From the NCBI GenBank assembly GCA_043767065.1, contig JAYUHJ010000255.1, forward strand, positions 1 to 40,674: DNA of 40,674 bases, given 5' to 3'. The notes under the pieces were generated by a model that saw only the letters and a program-made list of their open reading frames with translations, made no database searches and had not been told where the DNA came from. Position numbers and translations under genes: made by a program. The stretch comes from Hyphomicrobiales bacterium (GTDB lineage: Bacteria; Pseudomonadota; Alphaproteobacteria; Rhizobiales; Xanthobacteraceae). This document shows, in pieces, positions 1 to 8,215 of this stretch. How positions within the stretch are numbered: the first letter of the stretch is position 1; every line of letters starts with the position of its first letter.

Positions 1-382
1 GATCCACGTGCGCGTCGTCGCGGAAGATGAAGCCGGGCGCGCCGCCGGTGGCAGCGATCTCGGGCGCCATAGTCTCCTCGGTGTCGGGTCCGCCGGTCGT
101 GATCTGGATGGTGCCGAGGCGGTTCTGTTCGATGTTCTGCGTGTAGCTGCCGAGCTGGCCCGCTGGAAAATGCGCCGCCTCGATGCGGCCGCCGCTCTTT
201 TCGTTCAAGAGCTTGGTCCAGTTCTCGAACGCCATCGTGAGCGGCGAGCCGATCGCCTCGTTGTGCGCGATGCGGCAGGCGATCTTCGCCTGCGCCGCGG
301 CGCTGCCGATCAGTGCCGGCATGGCGATGGCAACGCCGCCGATCTGAACGAAGCGACGACGAGAAATATTGTGCGATTTCAT
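1..382 (-). CDS. TRAP transporter substrate-binding protein, DctP family (first 127 codons; the rest lies beyond the window edge)
   Basis: Absent from the ORF track because it runs off the edge. My reverse-strand translation from ATG (380-382) gives MKSHNISRRRFVQIGGVAIAMPALIGSAAAQAKIACRIAHNEAIGSPLTMAFENW...HFPAGQLGSYTQNIEQNRLGTIQI. This shows a twin-arginine signal and a DctP-like N-terminus. GGGAGGA lies 7 nt upstream. Track ORF 8..433 (+) is its antisense shadow. Confidence 0.75.
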   Translation of the reverse strand, partial: MKSHNISRRRFVQIGGVAIAMPALIGSAAAQAKIACRIAHNEAIGSPLTMAFENWTKLLNEKSGGRIEAAHFPAGQLGSYTQNIEQNRLGTIQITTGGPDTEETMAPEIAATGGAPGFIFRDDAHVD

Positions 383-432
383 GTGAGCGTCCTCCCGTCC
401 CTAGTTCTTGCTTTCATTGGGGGAGGATCGTA

Positions 433-446
433 ACTAGAATACTAGT
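433..446. promoter_or_regulatory. Near-palindrome ACTAG-AATA-CTAGT in the divergent dctP/gntR region; candidate GntR-family operator
   Basis: ACTAGAATACTAGT has 5-bp perfect arms and abuts the gntR ATG. It is AT-rich in a GC-rich context, and another CTAGT lies at 401-405. Assigning it to the regulator is inference. Confidence 0.3.
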
Positions 447-1184
447 ATGGAAGCAAGTCCCATAGCCGTTCCGCGCGCCTTCGCTCGTGCCGCCGTCCCT
501 ACGGTGGCCAAGGAAGTGTTTTCGCTGCTCTACGAAAAAATCATCCGGGGCGAATGGTTGCCGGGTCATCGATTGTCGGAAAACGAAGTAGCCCAGTCGC
601 TGGGCGTCAGCCGTACGCCGGTGCGCGAGGCCTTGATCCGCCTCGGCCAGGTCGGTCTGGTCAGCGCCTATCCGCAAGTCGGGACCGTCGTGTCGCCGAT
701 CCGGTTGTCCGAGGTCTATGACAATCAATTTCTGCGCGAGACGATCGAGTGCCGCACCGTGAGCGTCGCGGCCGAACGATGCACCGACAAGGCGGCCACC
801 GAACTCCGGGAACTCATCGAGCGCCAACTGAATTGTTGCATCCCCGGCCGCGAGGCGGAATTTTTCGCGCTCGACGACGCGATGCATCGCTATCTGATCG
901 AGCTTGCCGGCCGGCCCGCGATCTGGCGCGTGCTGCGTGATGCCAAGGCGCAGCTCGACCGAGTGCGGCATTTATCGCTGCATGATGTCGCTTGGATTCG
1001 AAGAAACATCGCAGAGCACCAGGAGATCGTGCATCAGGTGATCGAGCGCAACGGAGACGGTGCGGCGGTAGCGATGCGCAAGCATCTCTCGAACGTGTTC
1101 CAAACGATCGAGCGAATTTCGCGGGAGAACCCGCAGTTTTTCGAAGCTCCACACACCGAGGCCGCCGCCGAAACAGGAGCGTAA
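447..1184 (+). CDS. GntR family transcriptional regulator (FadR/FCD subfamily)
   Basis: Track ORF, 245 aa. Winged-helix signature LSENEVAQSLGVSRTPVREALIRLGQVGLV, followed by an all-helical C-terminal effector domain. No good SD at the right spacing, so the start is uncertain. Confidence 0.85.
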   Translation: MEASPIAVPRAFARAAVPTVAKEVFSLLYEKIIRGEWLPGHRLSENEVAQSLGVSRTPVREALIRLGQVGLVSAYPQVGTVVSPIRLSEVYDNQFLRETIECRTVSVAAERCTDKAATELRELIERQLNCCIPGREAEFFALDDAMHRYLIELAGRPAIWRVLRDAKAQLDRVRHLSLHDVAWIRRNIAEHQEIVHQVIERNGDGAAVAMRKHLSNVFQTIERISRENPQFFEAPHTEAAAETGA

Positions 1185-1207
1185 CGGTTCATGGAGCAAA
1201 CTTTTTA

Positions 1208-2407
1208 ATGGAACAGACTTGGCGCTGGTTCGGGCCCGCGGATGCCGTCACGCTCGCCGCTGCTGCTCAGGCGGGAGCGACCGGCATCGTGACGGCGCTG
1301 CACGATATCCCGGCCGGCGAGGTCTGGACCGTCGAGGCGATCAACGAGCGCAAACGATTGATCGCCGCCGATCCATCGCTCGGTCTGCAATGGAGCGTGG
1401 TCGAAAGCCTCCCGGTGGCCGAAGCGATCAAGATCGGCGAAGGCGATCTTATGACGCTGTTCGACGCTTACAGCACGTCGCTCAGGAACCTAGCGAAATG
1501 TGGCATTCGGACGGTCTGCTACAATTTCATGCCGGTACTCGACTGGTGCCGCACCGATCTTGCGGCTCCGGTCCGCGGTGGCGGACTGGCGCTGCGCTTC
1601 AACGTGCATGAGTTTGCCGCCTTCGACTGCCTGATGCTGGAACGGCGCGGCGCCGAGGCGGACTATTCTTCAGCGGTTCTGGATCGCGCGCGCGCCTGGT
1701 TTGCCCGCGCCTCGGAAAGCGACAAGAAGCGCCTGATCGCCAACATCATGGCGGGTCTGCCCGGCGCTTTCGACCGCTATGACGTGCTTGGGCTGCGGGT
1801 CGCGCTGCGCCGCTACAAGGGTATTGGGCCCGCGGAGCTGCGCGCCAATCTTGCTCGATTTTTGCGCGAAGTTGTTCCTGTGGCGGAGGAGGTCGGCGTC
1901 CGGCTCGCCATCCATCCTGACGACCCCCCTCGCCCGCTCTTGGGTCTGCCGCGCGTGGTGAGTAGCGCCGAAGACATCGCCTTTGTTCTTGCCGCCCATG
2001 ATGCCGAAGCGAACGGGCTCACGTTCTGCACCGGATCGCTCGGCGCGTCGCACGCCAACGATGTGCCGCAAATGGCCAAGCATTTCGCGGGGCGAATTCA
2101 CTTCGCGCATTTGCGGAACGTACAGAAAGACAATGACGGCTCGTTCGGTGAAGCCGAGCATCTCGGCGGCGACACGGATATGGTCGCGGTCGTTGCAACG
2201 CTGCTGGAGGAACAGGAACGCCGGCGGCTGGCGGGCGATCCGCGCTGGCGCATCCCGTTCCGGCCCGATCACGGCCATCAATTGCTCGACGACGTGGGCA
2301 AGCCGACGCACCCGGGATATCCGGCGATCGGGCGGCTGCGCGGCATGGCGGAAATCAGAGGCGTGATGACTGCGTGCGCGGCCTCGCGCGGATATCCGCT
2401 GCAATAA
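1208..2407 (+). CDS. uxuA: Mannonate dehydratase
   Basis: Track ORF 992..2407 trimmed to ATG 1208 (MEQTWRWFGPADAVTLAAAAQAGATGIVTALHDIP...), the conserved UxuA N-terminus. The resulting 399 aa fits UxuA length. The discarded 5' part overlaps gntR in another frame. Confidence 0.85.
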   Translation: MEQTWRWFGPADAVTLAAAAQAGATGIVTALHDIPAGEVWTVEAINERKRLIAADPSLGLQWSVVESLPVAEAIKIGEGDLMTLFDAYSTSLRNLAKCGIRTVCYNFMPVLDWCRTDLAAPVRGGGLALRFNVHEFAAFDCLMLERRGAEADYSSAVLDRARAWFARASESDKKRLIANIMAGLPGAFDRYDVLGLRVALRRYKGIGPAELRANLARFLREVVPVAEEVGVRLAIHPDDPPRPLLGLPRVVSSAEDIAFVLAAHDAEANGLTFCTGSLGASHANDVPQMAKHFAGRIHFAHLRNVQKDNDGSFGEAEHLGGDTDMVAVVATLLEEQERRRLAGDPRWRIPFRPDHGHQLLDDVGKPTHPGYPAIGRLRGMAEIRGVMTACAASRGYPLQ

Positions 2408-3890
2408 TTGTCTCGGCCCGTTGTTCGGTGTCCTGCCCTTGAGCGGCCGTCCCGCTCTCTGTGGCCGCCAGAAGTTCCATAAAGACGCGGCCGATCAGCA
2501 CGATCGCGGGCCCGGTCGCCTCTTCGCGGTCGAGCTGCGGACCCAGCCCGGCAATCGTAGAGACGATCTTGCGCTCGTCCGGCCGGGTCGCGCGCACGAC
2601 GGCTACCGCCGGCGTCGTGGGATCGAGGCCGTGCGCGATCGCCGCCGCGGAGAACGCGGAGAGCGTACGCGTCGGCATATAGACGACGGTGGTCGCCTTG
2701 GGGTCGGCGAGGCTGTTCCAATCGATATCGGCCGGCAACTTGCCGCCCTTGTCGTGGCCGGTCACGAACTGCACCCGCCGCGCGTGGTCGCGGTGCGTGA
2801 GCGAGACCTTCAACCGGCTCGCCGCACCCTGAGCGGCAGTGATGCCTGGCACCACCTCGACTGGAATCCCGGCACGGCGGCAGGCTTCGATCTCCTCGCC
2901 GCCGCGGCTGAAGATCATCGGATCGCCGCTTTTCAGCCGCACCACCCGCCTGCCCTGGCGCGCCAGCGTGATCATCAGCGCATTGATCTCCTCCTGTTTG
3001 CAGGAGGGCCCGCCACCGGTCTTGCCGACCATCATCTTCCTCGCCTCGCGCCGCGCGAAATCCAGGATCGCGGGTGAGATCAGATCGTCGATCAGGATCA
3101 CATCGGCCGCCTGCAGCGCGCGCACGGCGCGCAAGGTCAATAGTTCCGGATCACCAGGCCCGGCGCCCACGAGCGTCACCGAACCCGATTGCCACGCGCC
3201 CGACTTGTCCTTGGTTTCCCGAACCAGCGCGGAGAAGTCCGCTTCATCCGGATCGCGATTCGGATCCATGACCGCGCGATCGGTGAACAGTTCCCAGAAG
3301 CGCCGGCGGCCTTCGAACGGAAGATCGGCCGATTGCACGCGCGTGCGCCATTGCTTCGCCGCCGCGGCCCAGCGCGCGAAGCCGAACGGAATCAGCGCCT
3401 CGAGCTTGGCACGGATCGCCTTGGCGAAGACCGGCGCGGCGCCATCGGTCGAAATGCCGATGACCAGCGGCGAGCGATTGACGATCGAGCCGAAGGCGAA
3501 ATCGCAATAGGCTGGCTTGTCCACCACGTTCACCGGTACTCCCGCGGCGCGGGCAGCGCTGGCGAAGCGCGCTGCTTCTTCGTCGGTATCGAAGGCGCCA
3601 ATGGCGACGGCGGCACCGGCAAGATCGCTATCCGCATAAATCCGGCCATGGATCGTAACCGGACCACCCGGCGCGGCGGCGGCGAGTGCCGCAAGCTCCT
3701 GCGACGGCTGCTGCGCATAAACATCGACCGCGGCGCCGGCCGCGGAGAGCAGTTCCGCTTTCCAGGCGGCAGCGGCGCTCCCGCCGGCGACGAGCGCGCG
3801 TTTGCCTTCGAGCGCGAAGAAGACCGGGAGCCGGGAGAGCCGCTCCATGCGCGGCGGCGGCGCCTCAGACGGGCTGCGCGATGCGTTCAT
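2355..3890 (-). CDS. cysG: Siroheme synthase (precorrin-2 dehydrogenase / sirohydrochlorin ferrochelatase / uroporphyrinogen-III C-methyltransferase)
   Basis: Track ORF, 511 aa. N-terminal Rossmann segment ALVAGGSAAAAWKAELLSAAGAAVDVYA. Methyltransferase motifs VTLVGAGPGDPELLTLRAVRALQAADVILIDDL and VVRLKSGDPMIFSRGGEE. GAAGGA lies about 10 nt upstream of ATG 3890; an alternative ATG is at 3848. The 3' end overlaps uxuA convergently. Confidence 0.85.
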   Translation of the reverse strand: MNASRSPSEAPPPRMERLSRLPVFFALEGKRALVAGGSAAAAWKAELLSAAGAAVDVYAQQPSQELAALAAAAPGGPVTIHGRIYADSDLAGAAVAIGAFDTDEEAARFASAARAAGVPVNVVDKPAYCDFAFGSIVNRSPLVIGISTDGAAPVFAKAIRAKLEALIPFGFARWAAAAKQWRTRVQSADLPFEGRRRFWELFTDRAVMDPNRDPDEADFSALVRETKDKSGAWQSGSVTLVGAGPGDPELLTLRAVRALQAADVILIDDLISPAILDFARREARKMMVGKTGGGPSCKQEEINALMITLARQGRRVVRLKSGDPMIFSRGGEEIEACRRAGIPVEVVPGITAAQGAASRLKVSLTHRDHARRVQFVTGHDKGGKLPADIDWNSLADPKATTVVYMPTRTLSAFSAAAIAHGLDPTTPAVAVVRATRPDERKIVSTIAGLGPQLDREEATGPAIVLIGRVFMELLAATESGTAAQGQDTEQRAETIIAADIRARPRTQSSRL

Positions 3891-6570
3891 GAGCGACGAT
3901 CCTTCTCAGTTCCGGCAGGCACGACCCGCAATTGGTTCCGGCGCGGAGCGCTTGTCCGATTTCGGCGACGTTGCTCGCCCGGCCAGAGGCGACGGCCTCG
4001 CGGATGGCATTCAGCCCGATTCCGAAGCACGCGCAGACGACCTGTTCCCGCTCTCCGAAATCAGAGGCTTCGCTGCGCATCAGCAGCAGCCGAAGGTCCG
4101 CGCCGTCCGGGCCATCACCCGGCAACAGGGCTTCGAACATATCGCCGGGCAGCGAAGCGTCGGCCGGTCCGATGCACAGGTTGCTTTCGCGTTCTCCATC
4201 GACGATCGCCGCGGCGCGATAGATGCCGCGCGAGCCGTCGAGATGCTCCGCAAGCCTCGCATCGTGCGTGAGCAGCCGGTAGGCAAAATCGTGCCACAGC
4301 AGTAATCCGTCATTGGTCGCCAGCCGGTATTCCATGCCGTCGGCCACCGCGACGCGCGTCCACCACGTGCCCTGCGGCAACGCGACCGTGCGCCGCGTTC
4401 TGACAAATCCTCGATGCGCGTGAACGACCGGTGCGATTGCCGCCGGCGTCGCCTTGGCCTCGGGCTGACCGGAATGTGGATCGGTTTGCGCGGAGACAAG
4501 ATCGCCCACGCAGGCCGACGAAGCAGTGTCGCCGCTCCAATGGATCGGAACGAACAGCGAGCCCGGCCGCTGAGCGTCGCTGACCACGACCTTCACCAGG
4601 CAGGCGCCGTGTTCCGTCGAGACCCGGGCCAGACCGCCATCGATCAGCCCTGCTTTGCTAGCGTCTTCGGGATGCACCTCGACGAAGGGCTCAGGCAGAT
4701 GCGCGCCAAGCTTCGGGCTCCGGCCGGTACGCGTCATGGTGTGCCATTGGTCGCGGATGCGGCCGGTATTGAGCCGAAGCGGAAACGAGCACGAGGTCTT
4801 TTCCTGCAACGCCGGACGCTCCGGCGCGATAAACAGCGCCTTGCGGTCGGACGTGAAGAAGCCGCCGGCGGCGAAGAAGCGGCGATCGGCCCGTGTTTCA
4901 CCCGCACGCACCGGCCATTGCACCGGCCATTGCACCGGCTCGAGCGCCTCGAATTCCGCACCCGAAATCGTGGCGAGCCCGCCGATATCGAAATCGCGCG
5001 TGCCGCCGTTCTCGAAGGCCGATAAAGCCGCGTGCTCGCGGAACACATCTGCGGCCGAGCGATACGAGAACGCCTCGGCAAAGCCCATGCGCTGCGCCAC
5101 TTGCGAGACGATCCACCAGTCGGGCCGCGCCTCGCCCGGTGCCGGCATGAACGCCCGCTGCAGCGAGATGCGCCGCTCCGAATTGGTGACGGTGCCGTCC
5201 TTTTCGCCCCAGGCCGCCGCCGGCAGCAGCACATGGGCGCCGGCCTTCACCGTGTCGTTCGAGAGCACGTTCTCGGAGACAATGAAAAGTTCGAGCTTCT
5301 TCAATGCCTCGCGCACGGCGCCGGCGCGCGGCAGCGACACCGCCGGATTGGTCGCCATGACCCAGAGCGCCTTGATCTCGCCACGCTCGATCGCCTCGAA
5401 CATCTGCACGGCCTTGAGCCCTTCGCGCGTGGCCATGCGCGGCGCTTGCCAGAAGCGCGAGACGCGATCGACGTGCCCGGGCGAGAAATCCATGTGCGCG
5501 GCGAGCTGGTTGGCGAGCCCGCCCACTTCGCGTCCGCCCATAGCGTTGGGCTGGCCGGTGAGCGAGAACGGCCCCATGCCCGGCCTGCCGATGCGGCCGG
5601 TGGCGAGGTGGCAATTGATGATGGCGTTGACCTTGTCGGTGCCCTGCGCCGACTGGTTCACGCCTTGGGAAAAGGCCGTGACGACGCGCTCGGTGGAGCG
5701 GAACAGATCGAAGAACCGCCGCACGTCTTCGGGCGACAAGCCCGTCGCGGCGGCGGTCGCTTCGACATTGGGCGCGATCGCGCGGGCGCGCGTAAGTGCG
5801 GCCTGAAAGCCGGTGGTGTGTCGCTTTATATACGCGCCATCGATTGCGCCCCGCTCAGCGAGATCGACGAGAAGACCGCTGAACAGCGCCGTATCCGCGC
5901 CGGGCTCGATGGCGAGGAACAGGTCGGCGGCTTCGGCGGTCACCGTGCGGCGCGGATCGATCACGACGATCTTGGCGCCGCGTTCGGTCTCGTTCTGAAT
6001 CATGCGTTGAAACAGCACCGGATGGCACCAGGCGGCGTTCGAGCCCACGAGAATAAGAAGATCGGCCTCATCGAGATCGGCATAGGTGCCCGGCACCGTG
6101 TCGGCGCCGAAGGCACGGCGATGGCCAGCGACCGAAGAGGCCATGCAGAGGCGCGAATTGGTATCGACGTTGGCCGAGCCGATGAATCCTTTCATCAGCT
6201 TGTTGGCAGCGTAATAGTCCTCGGTCAGCAACTGGCCGGAGAGATAGAACGCGACCGCGTCCGGGCCGTCGCGCTCGATGACCCGAAGCAGCCCGGTGGA
6301 GACTGTGGCAAGCGCCTTGTCCCAATCGATGCGCGCGTAGTCGCCGCTCGCCTGCCGCTGCATCGGATGCAGGAGCCGCCCTTCGAGCCCAAGCGTCTCG
6401 CCGAGCGCCGAGCCCTTGGCGCAGAGACGGCCGAAATTGGCGGGGTGAGCGGGATCGCCGGCGACCCCGGCCCCGCCACGCCCGTCCGGTCGAACCAGCA
6501 GGCCGCAGCCGACGCCGCAATAGGGGCAAGTCGTGCGGACGGGCGGGAGATCGTGCAGCATCGCGTTCAT
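3865..6570 (-). CDS. nasA: Assimilatory nitrate reductase catalytic subunit (molybdopterin oxidoreductase with a C-terminal BFD-like 2Fe-2S domain)
   Basis: Track ORF, 901 aa. N-terminal 4Fe-4S cysteine cluster TTCPYCGVGCG...RLCAKG and a molybdopterin oxidoreductase body. C-terminal VVCACFGIG...GTNCGSCLPEL matches the BFD-type 2Fe-2S pattern. Confidence 0.9.
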   Translation of the reverse strand: MNAMLHDLPPVRTTCPYCGVGCGLLVRPDGRGGAGVAGDPAHPANFGRLCAKGSALGETLGLEGRLLHPMQRQASGDYARIDWDKALATVSTGLLRVIERDGPDAVAFYLSGQLLTEDYYAANKLMKGFIGSANVDTNSRLCMASSVAGHRRAFGADTVPGTYADLDEADLLILVGSNAAWCHPVLFQRMIQNETERGAKIVVIDPRRTVTAEAADLFLAIEPGADTALFSGLLVDLAERGAIDGAYIKRHTTGFQAALTRARAIAPNVEATAAATGLSPEDVRRFFDLFRSTERVVTAFSQGVNQSAQGTDKVNAIINCHLATGRIGRPGMGPFSLTGQPNAMGGREVGGLANQLAAHMDFSPGHVDRVSRFWQAPRMATREGLKAVQMFEAIERGEIKALWVMATNPAVSLPRAGAVREALKKLELFIVSENVLSNDTVKAGAHVLLPAAAWGEKDGTVTNSERRISLQRAFMPAPGEARPDWWIVSQVAQRMGFAEAFSYRSAADVFREHAALSAFENGGTRDFDIGGLATISGAEFEALEPVQWPVQWPVRAGETRADRRFFAAGGFFTSDRKALFIAPERPALQEKTSCSFPLRLNTGRIRDQWHTMTRTGRSPKLGAHLPEPFVEVHPEDASKAGLIDGGLARVSTEHGACLVKVVVSDAQRPGSLFVPIHWSGDTASSACVGDLVSAQTDPHSGQPEAKATPAAIAPVVHAHRGFVRTRRTVALPQGTWWTRVAVADGMEYRLATNDGLLLWHDFAYRLLTHDARLAEHLDGSRGIYRAAAIVDGERESNLCIGPADASLPGDMFEALLPGDGPDGADLRLLLMRSEASDFGEREQVVCACFGIGLNAIREAVASGRASNVAEIGQALRAGTNCGSCLPELRRIVAHERIAQPV
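4909..4939. repeat. 12-bp tandem repeat (caccggccattg x about 2.6) inside nasA, in frame
   Basis: caccggccattg at 4909-4920 and 4921-4932, then caccggc. Encodes PVQW-PVQW-PV. Confidence 0.9.
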
Positions 6571-6577
6571 ATCGCGC

Positions 6578-8215
6578 TCAATAAACGTCTTGCTGGTAGC
6601 GGCCGCTCTTCTTCAGCTCCGTGACGAAGGCAACCGCTTCGTTGGTGGAGCGGACGCCGAACACCGCAACGATATCGATCAAGGCGCGCTCGACGTCTTT
6701 AGCCATGTGTTTGCCGTCGCCGCAGACATAGACCTGCGCGCCATCGGCGATCCACGACCACAGATCGCGCCCGACCTCGCGCATGCGGTCCTGAACGTAG
6801 ATTTTCTGCTCGCCGTCGCGCGACCAGGCGAGCGTGAGCCGCGTGAGCACGCCGGCCGCCTTCATGCTGGTGAGTTCGTCCTGGTAGAAGAAGTCGTATT
6901 GGCTGCGCTGATGGCCGAAGAACAGCCAATTGCGGCCGGGCGCTTTGGTCGCCATGCGCTCCTGCAGAAAGGCGCGGAACGGCGCGATGCCGGTGCCGGG
7001 GCCGATCATGATGATGGGAATTGCCGGATCGGCGGGCAGCGCGAAACCTTGCGCCTTCTGCACATAGGTGCGGACCTTGGCGCCGAGCGCGACGCGCTCG
7101 GCGAAAAAGGTCGAGGCGACGCCGAGGCGTGTGCGCTCGCTCACCGGATAGCGCACCGCATCGACGGTGAGCGCCACGCGGCCCGGCTGGGTCTTGGGCG
7201 AGGAGGAAATCGAATAGAGCCGCGGCTGCAGCGGGTCGAGCGCCTCGATGAAGGCTTCGGGATCGGGGCGCACGCCCGGAAATTTTTCGAGCGCCGCGAG
7301 CACGTCGAGCGTCGCGGCATCGCCGTCCGGGTCCTCGCCGGACGATAGTGCTTTCGCCTTCTGCCGCCGCTCGCCGCCGGTAATGTAGGAAATCAGCTGA
7401 AACAGCAGGTCCGGCGCGAGCCCGAGCGAGGCGCCGTCGAGCAGAACGTCTCGCAAGGTGCGGCCTGCGATCGGGAAGTCCGCGGGGGCCTCTAGTTTTG
7501 CGATCACCGCATCGACCAGCGTGGGATCGTTGGTCGGAAAAATGCCGAACGTGTCGCCGACCGCATAGTCGAGGCCGTTTCCCGGAAGATCGAACTCGAC
7601 GTGCCAGGTTTCCTTCTCGGAGCCGGGCTTATTGAGGCGCGTGCGCGACAGGAACGTCGCTTCGGCCGGATGATCGCGCGAGTGGCCGGCTGCGGCAGGC
7701 GTGGCAATCTGCGAAGCGGCAGCGCTGGTGGGAATTGTCGGCTTTGCGGCCGCTGGCGTGGCGCCAAACTCCTCGTAGAGTTTCTTCAACATGCGGGCGG
7801 TTTCCTTGCCGCCCGGGACGCACAGGTTCAGCCGCTCCTCCTTTTTCAGGAAGATCGCATCGGAATAATCCTCGCAGTTGTAGCCGCACTGGCCGCAGTC
7901 CTGCTGCCCCATCGCCGCCATCATCCGCCGACGCAGCGGCCGGCCTTCGGCGAGCGTCATGCGCTCGGCGATCGGCTTGGTCTGGTCGTGCCAGGGCGCG
8001 CCGTCGTCGCCGTCCCCTAGCGGAGAAGCGGGAAGCACGGAGGGAGTGCCGGGCAAGAGCACCGCCGCCTCCGCAGCCGAAAGCGGCTTCACCCCGGAAC
8101 CGTCGATCGAAAGCACTCCGGCGAAGAAGCCGTTGAGCCACGTGCGCTGTTCCAGCGAGAACGGCGCACTTTCGGGAACGATTTCGGCGATCACCGGCCG
8201 CGACTGCACGGTCAT
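6578..8215 (-). CDS. CysJ-like FAD/NAD(P)H oxidoreductase without an FMN domain; probable electron donor for nitrate/nitrite reductase
   Basis: Track ORF, 545 aa. The C-terminal two thirds carry ferredoxin-reductase-type motifs (RLYSISSSP, GTGIAPFRAFLQER, VYVCGD, C-terminal YQQDVY). No flavodoxin module is present. The N-terminal roughly 150 aa contain QQDCGQCGYNCEDY. ATGA overlap with the nirA stop. The donor role is inference from context. Confidence 0.8.
   Translation of the reverse strand: MTVQSRPVIAEIVPESAPFSLEQRTWLNGFFAGVLSIDGSGVKPLSAAEAAVLLPGTPSVLPASPLGDGDDGAPWHDQTKPIAERMTLAEGRPLRRRMMAAMGQQDCGQCGYNCEDYSDAIFLKKEERLNLCVPGGKETARMLKKLYEEFGATPAAAKPTIPTSAAASQIATPAAAGHSRDHPAEATFLSRTRLNKPGSEKETWHVEFDLPGNGLDYAVGDTFGIFPTNDPTLVDAVIAKLEAPADFPIAGRTLRDVLLDGASLGLAPDLLFQLISYITGGERRQKAKALSSGEDPDGDAATLDVLAALEKFPGVRPDPEAFIEALDPLQPRLYSISSSPKTQPGRVALTVDAVRYPVSERTRLGVASTFFAERVALGAKVRTYVQKAQGFALPADPAIPIIMIGPGTGIAPFRAFLQERMATKAPGRNWLFFGHQRSQYDFFYQDELTSMKAAGVLTRLTLAWSRDGEQKIYVQDRMREVGRDLWSWIADGAQVYVCGDGKHMAKDVERALIDIVAVFGVRSTNEAVAFVTELKKSGRYQQDVY

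Noticed and set aside
992-1207. N-terminal 72-codon extension of the uxuA track ORF
   Set aside because: It overlaps the 3' end of gntR in another frame and is Arg-rich. The conserved UxuA N-terminus MEQTWRWFGP begins at 1208.
5032-6624. 530-aa + strand ORF, plus the related + strand ORFs 4655..5806 and 4414..5025
   Set aside because: They are antisense to nasA, whose product has clear molybdopterin oxidoreductase motifs. Their translations are Arg/Ala/Gly-rich with no motifs, as expected for shadow ORFs in GC-rich DNA.
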